A DNA stretch of 64,000 nucleotides from an uncultured bacterium. GTDB taxonomy: Bacteria; Zixibacteria; MSB-5A5; GN15; FEB-12. The stretch is taken from assembly GCA_965372795.1 (NCBI GenBank), contig CBDVDR010000011.1:1-64000 (forward strand), in the 5' to 3' direction. The position numbers and the translations under genes were made by a program. The notes below the pieces were generated by a model that was given only the letters and a program-made list of their open reading frames with translations, did no database searches and had not been told where the DNA came from. Shown in pieces: positions 17,121 through 27,030 of this stretch (positions are counted from its first letter, which is position 1; each line of letters opens with the position of its first letter).

Positions 17121-18470
17121 ATGAAATACAGCGTTTTAGTGGTAGATGACGACAAACTTGTAAATGAATTCTTAGTTGAGACCTTAGAGAGATCAGGATA
17201 CGATTGTAAACCAGTTTTTTCAGGAGAAGAAGCTGTAAATGAATATACAAAAAAATCCTATGATATAGTCTTAACTGACTTAAAAATGAAAGTTATGGAC
17301 GGGATAACTCTGATCAGTAAATTAAGAAAGATGGATCCCGAAGCTATAATAATTATGATGACCGCCTATGGCACAGTTGAGACAGCGGTAAAGGCTATAA
17401 AATTGGGCGCCTTTGATTTCCTTTTGAAACCGGTTCTTCCTGCAACTTTAGAACACATCCTTAAAAGAGTTTCCGAATTATTAAGCCTTCGTATGGAGAA
17501 TGATATTTTACGTCGGGATGTAGCTGATCGTTTCCAGAATATGATCGGTAAATCCAAAGAGATGAAAAATATTTTTGAACTCATTCAATCGGTAGCTCCG
17601 GCAAGATCAACGGTAATGATTACCGGTGCGTCCGGGACCGGTAAGGAGATGGTTGCTCGAGCGATTCATTTCAGCTCTGACCGACGAGAAGGTCCTTTTA
17701 TAAAATTGAATTGTGCTGCCATACCGGAAAGTCTTGTCGAGGCAGAATTGTTCGGCTATGAAAAAGGCGCTTTTACCGATGCCAAAAGAACAAACCGAGG
17801 TAGATTTGAACTTGCTGATGAAGGCACGTTGTTGCTTGATGAGATTTCTGAAATGCCACTAAATCTGCAATCGAAACTTCTAAGAGTTATTCAGGAACGT
17901 GAATTCGAACGGGTTGGGTCAAGTATTACAATAAATGTTAATGTCCGAATTATTGCTACATCTAACCGGAATATGAAAGAATTCATTTCAAAAGGTAAAT
18001 TTCGCGAAGATTTATATTACCGTTTGAATGTTATTCCAATTACTTTACCACCGCTTGAAGAGCACCCTGATGATATTCCATTGCTGGTTAATCATTTCAT
18101 TGATAAGCATAATCGTGAGAACAAACGTTCAATAAAAAGTATTGATCAAATTGCTCTGAGAATGTTAATGAAATATCATTGGCCCGGCAATGTGCGTGAA
18201 TTAGAGAATATGATTGAAAGAGCAGTCGTTACTTGCAAAGTGGATATTCTGACCGAAGATGATTTTCCTGTCGAACTCACAATGGGGAAACTTGTCAATG
18301 AGGCTTCAACTTTGAAAGTACCGATGAAACTTGAAGATGGAAACCGATTCCTGATTCTCAAAACGCTTGAAAAATATAACGGCAATAAAACCAAGGCTGC
18401 TGAAGCGCTTGGTATTACGACCAGAACAATAAGAAATAAGCTTGCAGAGTATGAAATAGTTGACAGTTGA
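17121..18470 (+). CDS. sigma54-dependent response regulator (FlgR/FlrC/FleR-like)
   Basis: Receiver, GASGTGKE, GAFTDA loop, LLLDEI, FREDLYYRL, WPGNVREL, Fis-type HTH. Confidence 0.93.
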   Translation: MKYSVLVVDDDKLVNEFLVETLERSGYDCKPVFSGEEAVNEYTKKSYDIVLTDLKMKVMDGITLISKLRKMDPEAIIIMMTAYGTVETAVKAIKLGAFDFLLKPVLPATLEHILKRVSELLSLRMENDILRRDVADRFQNMIGKSKEMKNIFELIQSVAPARSTVMITGASGTGKEMVARAIHFSSDRREGPFIKLNCAAIPESLVEAELFGYEKGAFTDAKRTNRGRFELADEGTLLLDEISEMPLNLQSKLLRVIQEREFERVGSSITINVNVRIIATSNRNMKEFISKGKFREDLYYRLNVIPITLPPLEEHPDDIPLLVNHFIDKHNRENKRSIKSIDQIALRMLMKYHWPGNVRELENMIERAVVTCKVDILTEDDFPVELTMGKLVNEASTLKVPMKLEDGNRFLILKTLEKYNGNKTKAAEALGITTRTIRNKLAEYEIVDS

Positions 18471-18524
18471 TATGTATAAGTTGTTAATTGTCAATATCTT
18501 TACTTATTAGCTGTAATATATACC

Positions 18525-18551
18525 TATATTTTCCCAATTAAATGCCGATAA
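18525..18551 (+). promoter_or_regulatory. sigma28 promoter of motAB
   Basis: TATA-N15-GCCGATAA, with a perfect -10. Confidence 0.7.
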
Positions 18552-18616
18552 TTTAACTATTACCGGGAGCTCGCTCCCGTAGTGGTTAACTATATATAAA
18601 CAAGGCATTTAAGTCT

Positions 18617-19381
18617 ATGGATTTTGCTACAATATTGGGATTGATAACCGCTTTAGGTGCTATAAGCGGCGCATATGTTCTTGAAGGTGGGAATCTAAAT
18701 TCTATCTTTCTGGCTGGTCCGCTGTTGATTGTAATAGGCGGCACCTTAGGAGCAACAATGATTACGACTTCAATGTATACCGTTAGAAGAGTTCCACTGT
18801 TTTTGAAACTTGCCTTTTCCGGTTACAAATTTTCACATCAGGAAACTATCGACTCAATTGTTGATCTCGCTGAAAAAGCAAGGCGTGAGGGGATTCTCGG
18901 TCTCGAAGCAGTATTAAATGAGATTGAGAATAAATATTTCAAAAAAGCAATTCAACTGGTGATAGACGGCACCGAGGTAACAGTATTACGTGAAATTTTA
19001 GAGACTGAAATTATGTATATAGAAGATCGCCATAAAAAAGGAATTCTGTTTTTTCAAAAAGCCGGTGGATTTGCACCAACAATGGGTATTCTGGGAACTG
19101 TCTTAGGTTTAATACAAGCTCTTGGACATACAGCAGATGCTACCAAAATGGCTAATGCAATTGCAATAGCTTTTATAGCAACTTTATGGGGCGTAGGCAT
19201 AGCGAATTTATTTTTCCTACCTATTGCAGATAAACTTAAAATGCGTCACGAAGAAGAAATTGGTCATCTTGATCTGATTCTTGAAGGTGTTGTTGCTTTG
19301 CAATCGGGAGATAATCCAAGGAATATCCGCACCCGTCTTTTATCGTTTATATCACCACACAAACGCATCAGCGAGGTGTAA
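18617..19381 (+). CDS. motA: Flagellar stator MotA
   Basis: ARREGILGLE, APTMGILGTVLGLI, ATLWGVGIAN. Confidence 0.95.
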   Translation: MDFATILGLITALGAISGAYVLEGGNLNSIFLAGPLLIVIGGTLGATMITTSMYTVRRVPLFLKLAFSGYKFSHQETIDSIVDLAEKARREGILGLEAVLNEIENKYFKKAIQLVIDGTEVTVLREILETEIMYIEDRHKKGILFFQKAGGFAPTMGILGTVLGLIQALGHTADATKMANAIAIAFIATLWGVGIANLFFLPIADKLKMRHEEEIGHLDLILEGVVALQSGDNPRNIRTRLLSFISPHKRISEV

Positions 19382-19383
19382 AA

Positions 19384-20127
19384 TTGCGCTGTAAAAGGAA
19401 AAAAGATGATTTCGATGAAAATCCTGATCGTTGGCTTCTGACTTATGCTGATTTAATTACATTATTATTGGCATTTTTTATTGTCATGTATTCTATGTCG
19501 CAGATTGATGCGAAAAAATTCGGAAAAGTACTCGAAGCTCTCAATGGTGTGTTAAGAGGCGGCAATTCAATTACAAAACTGAATAAAGAAATTGATCCTT
19601 CAAAAGGTCATGGTCTATTGAAACTTGGTAATTTGAAGATGCTTCAACAGGTTATTGAAAATAAATTTAAAATTCTTGGCAAACAGGAAGAAGTTGTCAC
19701 TGAAATTACAGAACGCGGTCTGGTAATTCATATCCTTGAATCAGCGTTATTTGATGAAGGGTCGTCAAATTTGAAACAAAGAGCAATCGAGCTGTTGGAT
19801 ATTGTTTATTCTGATATTGGTGATAAGCCGAACCATGTTCGAATTGAAGGCCACACCGATAACCGTTCAATTAAATCGAATCTATATCCTTCAAATTGGG
19901 AACTTTCAGCTTCCCGAGCAACCGAAGTTGTCCGTTATTTTATAGATAATTATAATTTCCCGGCTGACCGTATTTCCGCTTTAGGATATGGTGAGTTCCG
20001 ACCGATTAAACCTAACAACACAATCGAGAACAGATCCATAAATCGGCGCGTTGATATTGTGATTTTAACGATGGAGCTTTCTTTGAAAGAGCCAACCTCG
20101 CAGCTTTATGATTTTGTATCAAATTAA
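19384..20127 (+). CDS. motB: Flagellar stator MotB
   Basis: WLLTYADLITLLLAFFIV TM segment (Val at the H+-type position) and OmpA-like domain (IEGHTD, NWELSASRA, NRRVDI). Confidence 0.95.
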   Translation: MRCKRKKDDFDENPDRWLLTYADLITLLLAFFIVMYSMSQIDAKKFGKVLEALNGVLRGGNSITKLNKEIDPSKGHGLLKLGNLKMLQQVIENKFKILGKQEEVVTEITERGLVIHILESALFDEGSSNLKQRAIELLDIVYSDIGDKPNHVRIEGHTDNRSIKSNLYPSNWELSASRATEVVRYFIDNYNFPADRISALGYGEFRPIKPNNTIENRSINRRVDIVILTMELSLKEPTSQLYDFVSN

Positions 20128-20163
20128 GCAATTATTTCACAGTCAAATGGAAAATATTTCTTT
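20128..20163 (+). promoter_or_regulatory. Predicted tandem enhancer (UAS) of the flgB sigma54 promoter
   Basis: AAATGGAAAATATTTCTTT (20145-20163) is an 18/19 reverse-complement match to 29014-29032. A weaker copy, GCAATTATTTC, lies 22 bp upstream. Confidence 0.6.
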
Positions 20164-20249
20164 TACCGTTCATTTTTAGCAAATCAGTAAATCTCCAAAA
20201 ACTAACTAACCTGTTGAAATGCAATGTGATAAATATAATTATTACAGTT

Positions 20250-20264
20250 TGGCACTGTTGTTGC
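20250..20264 (+). promoter_or_regulatory. sigma54 -24/-12 promoter of the flgB operon
   Basis: TGGCAC-TGTTG-TTGC. Confidence 0.85.
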
Positions 20265-20299
20265 GATATGGATAAGTGGAAAACTGGAGAAATAAATTT

Positions 20300-20713
20300 A
20301 TGTCGAACAAAATAGCGAATTTAATTTTTGAAAAAAGTGGCGTTCCGAAGCTTGAGAAGTATCTAAATCTTGCTTCACTTAAGCACAAACTGACCAGTGG
20401 AAACATTGCGAATAGTTCAACGCCCGGCTATCGCAGCCGCAGTATTAATTTTCAGGAAGAATATTCAAAATTGACTAATGATAAATCCCGGTTAAGTGGT
20501 GCAATAACAGATAATAATCATATCCCTCTTGGACAACATAAGAACAGCCCGGCAAAAATTAACCAGGTTAAAGTTCAGGAAGGTGATCTTAACTCTGTTG
20601 ATATCGATCATGAAATTGCTGATATGGCTCAAAATGAGCTTCTCTTTTCAATAGGTGCCAGATTGTTACAACAAAAATTTCAAGGCATTAAGAAAGCTAT
20701 TACAAGTAAATAA
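20300..20713 (+). CDS. flgB: Basal-body rod protein FlgB
   Basis: NIANSSTPGY, NSVDIDHE. ATG 20300 after GGAG. Confidence 0.93.
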   Translation: MSNKIANLIFEKSGVPKLEKYLNLASLKHKLTSGNIANSSTPGYRSRSINFQEEYSKLTNDKSRLSGAITDNNHIPLGQHKNSPAKINQVKVQEGDLNSVDIDHEIADMAQNELLFSIGARLLQQKFQGIKKAITSK

Positions 20714-20722
20714 GGATAAATT

Positions 20723-21217
20723 ATGGGTGGCATATTAAATGCAATAGAGATTTCATCGAAGGGACTTTCGGTACAGCGTTCAAAAATGAATGTTGTGGCA
20801 AAAAACATTGCCAATGCTGAAACAACTAAGACAGAAAACGGCGGACCATATCGCAGACAAAGAGTTGTGGTTGAGGAACAGCCGGTTCAAAGTTCGTTCA
20901 AATCAATGATAAAATCAGCAAACTCCTCTCTGGCAAGAACGAATAGCAAACATATTGGCGGGAAAACTTTACGAGTTAATACTGCTAAAGATATTTCCTC
21001 AGTTGAAGAAAGAGTAATTTCAGAGGATAAGGAAGCTTTTAAAACCATTTATGACCCAACCCATCCTCATGCTAATGAAGAAGGATATGTAGCAATGCCG
21101 AATATCGAGATTATAACCGAAATGGTCGATATGATGGCTGCCTCAAGAGCTTATGAAGCGAATACGGTGGCAATCAGTTCGGCTAAAGAGATGGCAAAAA
21201 ATGCGTTGGATATATAA
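20723..21217 (+). CDS. flgC: Basal-body rod protein FlgC
   Basis: NIANAETT...GGPYRRQ, YDPTHPHA, EMVDMMAASRAYEAN. Confidence 0.96.
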   Translation: MGGILNAIEISSKGLSVQRSKMNVVAKNIANAETTKTENGGPYRRQRVVVEEQPVQSSFKSMIKSANSSLARTNSKHIGGKTLRVNTAKDISSVEERVISEDKEAFKTIYDPTHPHANEEGYVAMPNIEIITEMVDMMAASRAYEANTVAISSAKEMAKNALDI

Positions 21218-21246
21218 ACATACTTATAAAGGTCTAAGGTCAAGGA

Positions 21247-21576
21247 ATGAAAATTAATCCCGTTGCAATTCAAGCTTATGAGCAATTGAATCAGAACGAA
21301 AAAATGTCTCGTTCAAATGCTGAAACTCAAGCTGTTCAAAAAGAGAATTCTAAAGTAAGTATTTCTCCGCAGTCGGAACTGACTAAATCAAAATTATCAG
21401 TTAAGGCACCGGTGGGAAGTTATGAAGAGTTCTTGAGTCCGCAGGAAAGACAGGCGCTTGATCTGTTGTTTAACAAATATAGAGACAACGGCCGTTTTGG
21501 TACAGCGTTCAATAACCGTTCGGATGTTGAGGCTGAAAGTAAGACAGTCGGTAATTTTGTGGATATTAAGGTTTAA
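21247..21576 (+). CDS. Hypothetical protein in the flagellar rod operon
   Basis: 109-aa ORF tightly packed between flgC and fliE, ending in GNFVDIKV. Confidence 0.7.
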   Translation: MKINPVAIQAYEQLNQNEKMSRSNAETQAVQKENSKVSISPQSELTKSKLSVKAPVGSYEEFLSPQERQALDLLFNKYRDNGRFGTAFNNRSDVEAESKTVGNFVDIKV

Positions 21577-21579
21577 AAA

Positions 21580-21903
21580 ATGGCTATTAATATTGGAAAT
21601 GTTCAGCGCTTGGTCCCCGGCTTAATAGAGCGACTCGATGGAGCCGCCAAAATTGGGACACCAAAGCCGGCTGAAACTCAAGAAGGAAGTTTTACCGAAC
21701 TTTTTTCCAATTTATTAAATTCTGTTAATGAAATACAAGGCGAGTCTGCCCAGATTCAACAGGATATGCTAAATGGCGAACCGGTTGAACTTCATGAAGT
21801 GATGATTAAAGCTGAAGAAGCCGGAATAGCAATGGACCTAATGTTAGAAGTTAGAAATAAGCTGATGAATGCTTATAACGATTTAATGAAAATGCCAATA
21901 TAA
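21580..21903 (+). CDS. fliE: Hook-basal body protein FliE
   Basis: LHEVMI...EVRNKLMNAYNDLMKMPI. Confidence 0.95.
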   Translation: MAINIGNVQRLVPGLIERLDGAAKIGTPKPAETQEGSFTELFSNLLNSVNEIQGESAQIQQDMLNGEPVELHEVMIKAEEAGIAMDLMLEVRNKLMNAYNDLMKMPI

Positions 21904-21959
21904 TATTTTGTTTTCCTAAGACCATGGATTGGTTATAACGGAACTATATAGGACATAAA

Positions 21960-23528
21960 ATGGAGAGTATAAAACAATTTTTCAAAAACTTGATGGGTAT
22001 TGTCGGACAAATGACAGCCAGTCAGGTTATGATGCTTTTTGGTGTCGGTGCCGGTACAATTGTAGGAACTTTTTTAATCATTGGATGGATTAGCGATGTT
22101 TCTTACGCTAAGTTATATACCGGTATGAACGCAGAAGAAGCTGCCGATATCACGATTCACCTCGAAGAACAAAAAATTCCTTTTAAAATTACTGATGGAG
22201 GTGGAACAATTGAGGTTCCATCGAATGTCGTATATAAGACTCGTATTTCCTTGGCGGCAGAAGGATTGCCGAATTCGGGGAATATTGGATATTCAATTTT
22301 TGATAAAAACAATCTTGGTATGACAGATTTTCTACAGAAGTTGAATTTCCGAAGAGCTCTTGAAGGCGAATTAACCAAAACAATAATGCAATTACGTGAA
22401 GTGAAAGCTGCTCGTGTACATATCTCGATGCCGAAAGATCGACTTTTTACAGAAGACAAAAAGGAAACGACTGCTTCTGTGATGGTCAAACTTCGAGGGA
22501 GTGGAGAATTAACCAAGCGTCAGTTAAATGGTATAACTCATCTTATAGCTTTATCTGTAGAAGGTTTAAAACCTGAAAATATTGCTATTATTGATTATAA
22601 TGGTAATCTATTATCGTCTTCACAAAAACGCGATGAACTTGCCGGTTTATCATCCTCTCAGCTTGATGTTAGTAAGCAGGTTGAAGGTCACTTGCAGGAA
22701 AAAGCACAGTCGATGCTTGACGATGTCCTTGGCCGTGGTAAGTCTGTAATCAGACTCACAGCCGACTTGAACTTCCGACAGCTTGAACGTACAAGTGAAA
22801 ATTATGATCCAAACTCTCCATCAATCAGGAGTGAAGAACGTACTAAGTCCACTTCAACCCTTGCAGATAAATCAGATGAAATAAGTGAACGAAACGATGA
22901 AACCGATAATGAAATTACGGTTACGAATTATGAGCTTAATAAAACGGTAGAACATGTTATCAATGCAGTCGGCGGAATCGAAAGATTGTCTGTGGCTGTT
23001 ATGGTTGATGGAATTTATGTTCCTGTAGAAAATGAAGACGGGGTTACAGAAATGATCTATCAACCAAGATCACAGGAAGAGCTGGATAGAATCTCAGCCA
23101 TTGTGAAGAATGCGGTTGGGTTTGATCAACAACGCAATGATCAGATCGAAATGGTAAATATCGCTTTTGACAGACAAAATTTTGAAGGTGAAAGAGAACT
23201 TCTCGACTCAATGTATCTTCGCGAGTTCTATATGGATATCGCTCAAAAAGTAGGTTATGTCTTACTTATGATTATGGTCTTTCTTTATTTTAAAAAGAAA
23301 TCAAAAACTCTTTTTAATGCTCTGTCAAAACTTGCTCCTCCATCTACAATGGGGCGCTTAAGAACGGCTGGGATTTCGGTACCGCAAACTCATGGCATAG
23401 TGGATGAGCCGATTGAGCCTGTTGTCGCTGAGAAGCGAAAACCAAAGCTGGTTGATAAAATGCAGGAAACTGCCAAAGAGCAGCCGGAAGAACTTGCCAA
23501 AGTAATTAAAACTATGATGGTTGAATAA
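21960..23528 (+). CDS. fliF: MS-ring protein FliF
   Basis: GYSIFD, RALEGELTKTI, ARVHI, TASVMV; two TM segments. Confidence 0.96.
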   Translation: MESIKQFFKNLMGIVGQMTASQVMMLFGVGAGTIVGTFLIIGWISDVSYAKLYTGMNAEEAADITIHLEEQKIPFKITDGGGTIEVPSNVVYKTRISLAAEGLPNSGNIGYSIFDKNNLGMTDFLQKLNFRRALEGELTKTIMQLREVKAARVHISMPKDRLFTEDKKETTASVMVKLRGSGELTKRQLNGITHLIALSVEGLKPENIAIIDYNGNLLSSSQKRDELAGLSSSQLDVSKQVEGHLQEKAQSMLDDVLGRGKSVIRLTADLNFRQLERTSENYDPNSPSIRSEERTKSTSTLADKSDEISERNDETDNEITVTNYELNKTVEHVINAVGGIERLSVAVMVDGIYVPVENEDGVTEMIYQPRSQEELDRISAIVKNAVGFDQQRNDQIEMVNIAFDRQNFEGERELLDSMYLREFYMDIAQKVGYVLLMIMVFLYFKKKSKTLFNALSKLAPPSTMGRLRTAGISVPQTHGIVDEPIEPVVAEKRKPKLVDKMQETAKEQPEELAKVIKTMMVE

Positions 23529-23529
23529 T

Positions 23530-24546
23530 ATGGAATTACAATACGATAGCATGACCTCAATTCAAAAAGCTGCTGTAGCTTTAGTAGCTTTTGGTCCGGA
23601 AGTTTCAGCCCTGGTATTAAAAGGGATGAATGAATCTGATCTGGAAAAAATTACTATTGAAATAGCAAATCTTCGTGATGTCCACCCGGGGATCGAAGAG
23701 AAAGTAATGGAAGAGTGTCATCAGATTTTTATGGCACGTACCTATGTTACACAGGGTGGTGTAGATTTTGCTCAGGAAATATTAGAAAAAGCTGTCGGTA
23801 TAAAACGCGCTAAAAATATTTTACAAAGACTTGAACATTCGATTCGTGCCGGTGGATTTTCAATGTTAAAAGACATTGACCCCAAACAATTGACAGGTTT
23901 TTTACAGAATGAGCATCCTCAAACGATTTCACTTGTCATGACCCAGTTAAATGCTCAACAAGCGGCAGCAATTCTGGCGGAACTTTCTCAGGAATTACAG
24001 GCTGAGGTTTCACTAAGAATAGCGACGATGGAAAAAATTTCACCGGAAGTTCTCAAAGAAATCGAGCAAACCCTTGAAGGTCACTTTGAACAATCCGGCT
24101 CCAGTCAGATGTCCGTATCTGGAGGTGCGAAAGCTATTGCGGAAATTCTTAATTTAGTAGATACAACGGCAGAGAAAAATATACTCCAATCTCTTGAAGC
24201 CGATGATCCTGATCTGGCTGCGGAAGTCAAAAATATGATGTTTGTCTTTGACGATATTATACTTCTTGACGATCGTTCGATTCAAAGACTGCTTAAAGAA
24301 GTCGAGACCAAAGACCTTTCATTGGCACTTAAAGCTGCCAACGAAGAAGTTAAGGCTAAGATTTTCGTTAATGTCTCTGAACGTGTTGCGATAATGATCA
24401 AAGAAGAAATGGAATTTATGGGACCTACCAGATTATCAGATGTTGAGTCGGCTCAAGGTAGAATCGTAGAGGCTATCAGACGTCTGGAAGAAGAAGGTCA
24501 AATTATCATTTCAGGTCGCGGTGGAAAAGAGGAAATTATTGTCTAA
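23530..24546 (+). CDS. fliG: Motor switch protein FliG
   Basis: QKAA, EHPQTI, MFVFDD, NVSER, GPTRLSDVE. Confidence 0.97.
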   Translation: MELQYDSMTSIQKAAVALVAFGPEVSALVLKGMNESDLEKITIEIANLRDVHPGIEEKVMEECHQIFMARTYVTQGGVDFAQEILEKAVGIKRAKNILQRLEHSIRAGGFSMLKDIDPKQLTGFLQNEHPQTISLVMTQLNAQQAAAILAELSQELQAEVSLRIATMEKISPEVLKEIEQTLEGHFEQSGSSQMSVSGGAKAIAEILNLVDTTAEKNILQSLEADDPDLAAEVKNMMFVFDDIILLDDRSIQRLLKEVETKDLSLALKAANEEVKAKIFVNVSERVAIMIKEEMEFMGPTRLSDVESAQGRIVEAIRRLEEEGQIIISGRGGKEEIIV

Positions 24547-25240
24547 AATTATTAGATATACAAAAAGTGCTCCTACTATTTATATCGGTGAAAAACATCT
24601 TGATTTCGAAAATGAGACCCTTGCTGAAGATAGAATGAGTGAAATCTTGCCGTTAGTCAGTGTTACCACTGATGCTGATGGTTCGAAATATATTCCTATC
24701 GCTGAGGTATCAAAAATTGAAAAAAGAATCACAGATGAAAGAGAAAAAGCATTTCATCAAGGAAATACCGAGGGACATCAAAGAGGACTTTCCGAAGGAT
24801 TAAAAGAAGCTGAAAAAGTTTTACAAAATTTGAATAAAGCCATTAACGATTCCATTACTCAACGAGAAGCATTGTTTGAGGAATCCAAAGAGAAAATTCT
24901 GGAATTAGTTATTCAAATCAGTAAGAAAGTAACTTATGGAGCAATAACTATTGATCCTGAAAAAACCCTCGATATCATTGTTGGTGTCATTGATACTTTG
25001 ATAGATAGAAGTAATTTGAAAATTAAGGTTAATCCCGATCATCTTCCAATAGTTGAGCAAAATATTGATAAATTTTTGAGAGGTTCAGCTACTATAAAAG
25101 AAATCAAAATTGAACCGGATCCGCGTGTAAAATACGGGGGATGTTTTATTGAAACACCGGTTGGTGATATTGATGCTCGGTTGGATTCTCAATTTGCAGT
25201 GATTGAAGATGTGCTTTCCTCTAAAGAGGATGAATTGTGA
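24521..25240 (+). CDS. fliH: Flagellar export protein FliH
   Basis: GxxxG repeats (GNTEGHQRGLSEG), VNPD, GGCFIETPVGDIDA; lies between fliG and fliI. Exact start uncertain. Confidence 0.9.
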   Translation: MEKRKLLSKIIRYTKSAPTIYIGEKHLDFENETLAEDRMSEILPLVSVTTDADGSKYIPIAEVSKIEKRITDEREKAFHQGNTEGHQRGLSEGLKEAEKVLQNLNKAINDSITQREALFEESKEKILELVIQISKKVTYGAITIDPEKTLDIIVGVIDTLIDRSNLKIKVNPDHLPIVEQNIDKFLRGSATIKEIKIEPDPRVKYGGCFIETPVGDIDARLDSQFAVIEDVLSSKEDEL

Positions 25241-26568
25241 ACCAGATCTCTTATGAAAGCTACGCCGAGAGAATCGAAAATGTTAGCTGTATCAAACATT
25301 TTGGAAAAGTCACTCAAGTAGTTGGGTTGGTGATTGAATCCGCCGGACCGGCTATTTCTATTGGGCGATTATGTAATATTGAAAATCGTAAAACCGGATC
25401 TATTGTTAAAGCAGAAGTTGTTGGCTTTAGAAATAATAAATTATTATTGATGCCGCTTGGTCCAATTACGGGGATTTCACCGGGTGCTATTGTAACATCT
25501 ACTTCCGATCAGCTTCGCATCCCTGTGGGACATGAGCTTATCGGGCGGGTGATTGGCGGGCTTGGACAACCGATTGATAATAAAGGTCCTTTGTACACCA
25601 AATCCACCAGGAGTATTAACGCTGATCCTATCCCAGCATTAATGCGGATGCGAATTGACAAGCCTATTAGGACCGGAATAAAGGCGATAGACGTTGTCGC
25701 ACCATTAGGCGAGGGGCAAAGGATGGGTATTTTTGCGGGGTCCGGTGTAGGTAAATCTGTTATGTTAGGGATGATCGCACGAGGGTCTTCGGCAGACATA
25801 AATGTAATTGCCTTAGTAGGTGAGCGCGGGCGAGAGGTCCGTGAGTTTATTGAACGGGATCTGGGACCGAAAGGAATGAAGAATTCTATTGTTGTAGCTG
25901 TTACCTCAGATCAACCAGCTTTGATAAGAATTAAAGGTGCTATGACAGCAACTACAATTGCTGAATATTTTAGAGATCAGGGAAAAAGGGTTTTATTACT
26001 TATGGATTCGTTGACTCGCATTGCGCTTGCTCAACGAGAAATCGGCATAGCAATCGGCGAACCGCCAACCACCAAAGGATACACACCCTCGGTGTTTGCA
26101 ATGATGCCGACACTTTTAGAAAGAGCCGGAAAAACTGAAAAAGGATCAATTACGGGAATGTACTCTGTTCTGGTTGAAGGTGATGATTTTAACGAACCAA
26201 TCTCGGATGCGGTTCGTTCAATTCTGGATGGACACATTGCCTTGTCGAGGAAACTTGCCTCAAGGAATCAGTATCCGGCGGTTGATATTCTTGATTCTAT
26301 AAGTCGACTTATCAAAGAGATTTCATCGGAAAAACAGATTAAGCTGGTAGGTGATGTCAAAGAACTCGTTTCTATTTATCGGGAAGCGGAAGATTTAATA
26401 AATATCGGAGCCTATGTAAAAGGTTCTAATCCGAAAATTGATCGAGCTGTCTTAAAAATTGATAAGATTAATGAATTTTTCAAGCAAGGCATTTTTGACC
26501 TTGTGGAACATGAGATTGCCATAAAACAATTGAATGAAATCATGAATTCGGAGGATCCGAAAGAATGA
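25237..26568 (+). CDS. fliI: Flagellar export ATPase FliI
   Basis: GIFAGSGVGKS, VGERGREVREF, DSLTR, GEPPTTKGY. Confidence 0.97.
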   Translation: MNQISYESYAERIENVSCIKHFGKVTQVVGLVIESAGPAISIGRLCNIENRKTGSIVKAEVVGFRNNKLLLMPLGPITGISPGAIVTSTSDQLRIPVGHELIGRVIGGLGQPIDNKGPLYTKSTRSINADPIPALMRMRIDKPIRTGIKAIDVVAPLGEGQRMGIFAGSGVGKSVMLGMIARGSSADINVIALVGERGREVREFIERDLGPKGMKNSIVVAVTSDQPALIRIKGAMTATTIAEYFRDQGKRVLLLMDSLTRIALAQREIGIAIGEPPTTKGYTPSVFAMMPTLLERAGKTEKGSITGMYSVLVEGDDFNEPISDAVRSILDGHIALSRKLASRNQYPAVDILDSISRLIKEISSEKQIKLVGDVKELVSIYREAEDLINIGAYVKGSNPKIDRAVLKIDKINEFFKQGIFDLVEHEIAIKQLNEIMNSEDPKE

Positions 26569-27020
26569 AAAAATTCAAATACAGATTAGAAGCTCTGTTA
26601 AAAATGAAAGAGCATATTGAAAAAGAACGGCAGAAAGATCATGCGACTGCTTTGTTGAAAGTGAAAACTCAGGAAGAAAATAACGGCAGTCTAAACGATA
26701 AAAAAGAAAATACAATTATTGATCAAGCTAAGGTTATGCAGGGGTCATTGTCGGTAGCTGAACTATTGGTGTATGGTCGCTATATTATGCGGTTAAAAAG
26801 AGAAAGACTTGCCGGAGAAGAAATGCTGAAGGTGCTAAATCAGGCGGAAAAGGAAAAAAGAGAAAAATTAGTAGATGCCACTAAAGAGAAGAGAATTCAA
26901 GAAAAGCTTAAAGAAAAGCACCGGGGGAAATTTGATGATGAGATAAAGCTTCTTGAAGGTAAAGAGAATGATGAGATCGCTGGAAATAGTTTCCGTCTAA
27001 AACAGAATAATTTATTATAG
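26565..27020 (+). CDS. fliJ: Flagellar export protein FliJ
   Basis: MKKFKYRLEALL N-terminus, coiled coil, position after fliI. Confidence 0.9.
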   Translation: MKKFKYRLEALLKMKEHIEKERQKDHATALLKVKTQEENNGSLNDKKENTIIDQAKVMQGSLSVAELLVYGRYIMRLKRERLAGEEMLKVLNQAEKEKREKLVDATKEKRIQEKLKEKHRGKFDDEIKLLEGKENDEIAGNSFRLKQNNLL

Positions 27021-27030
27021 CTCAACGATT

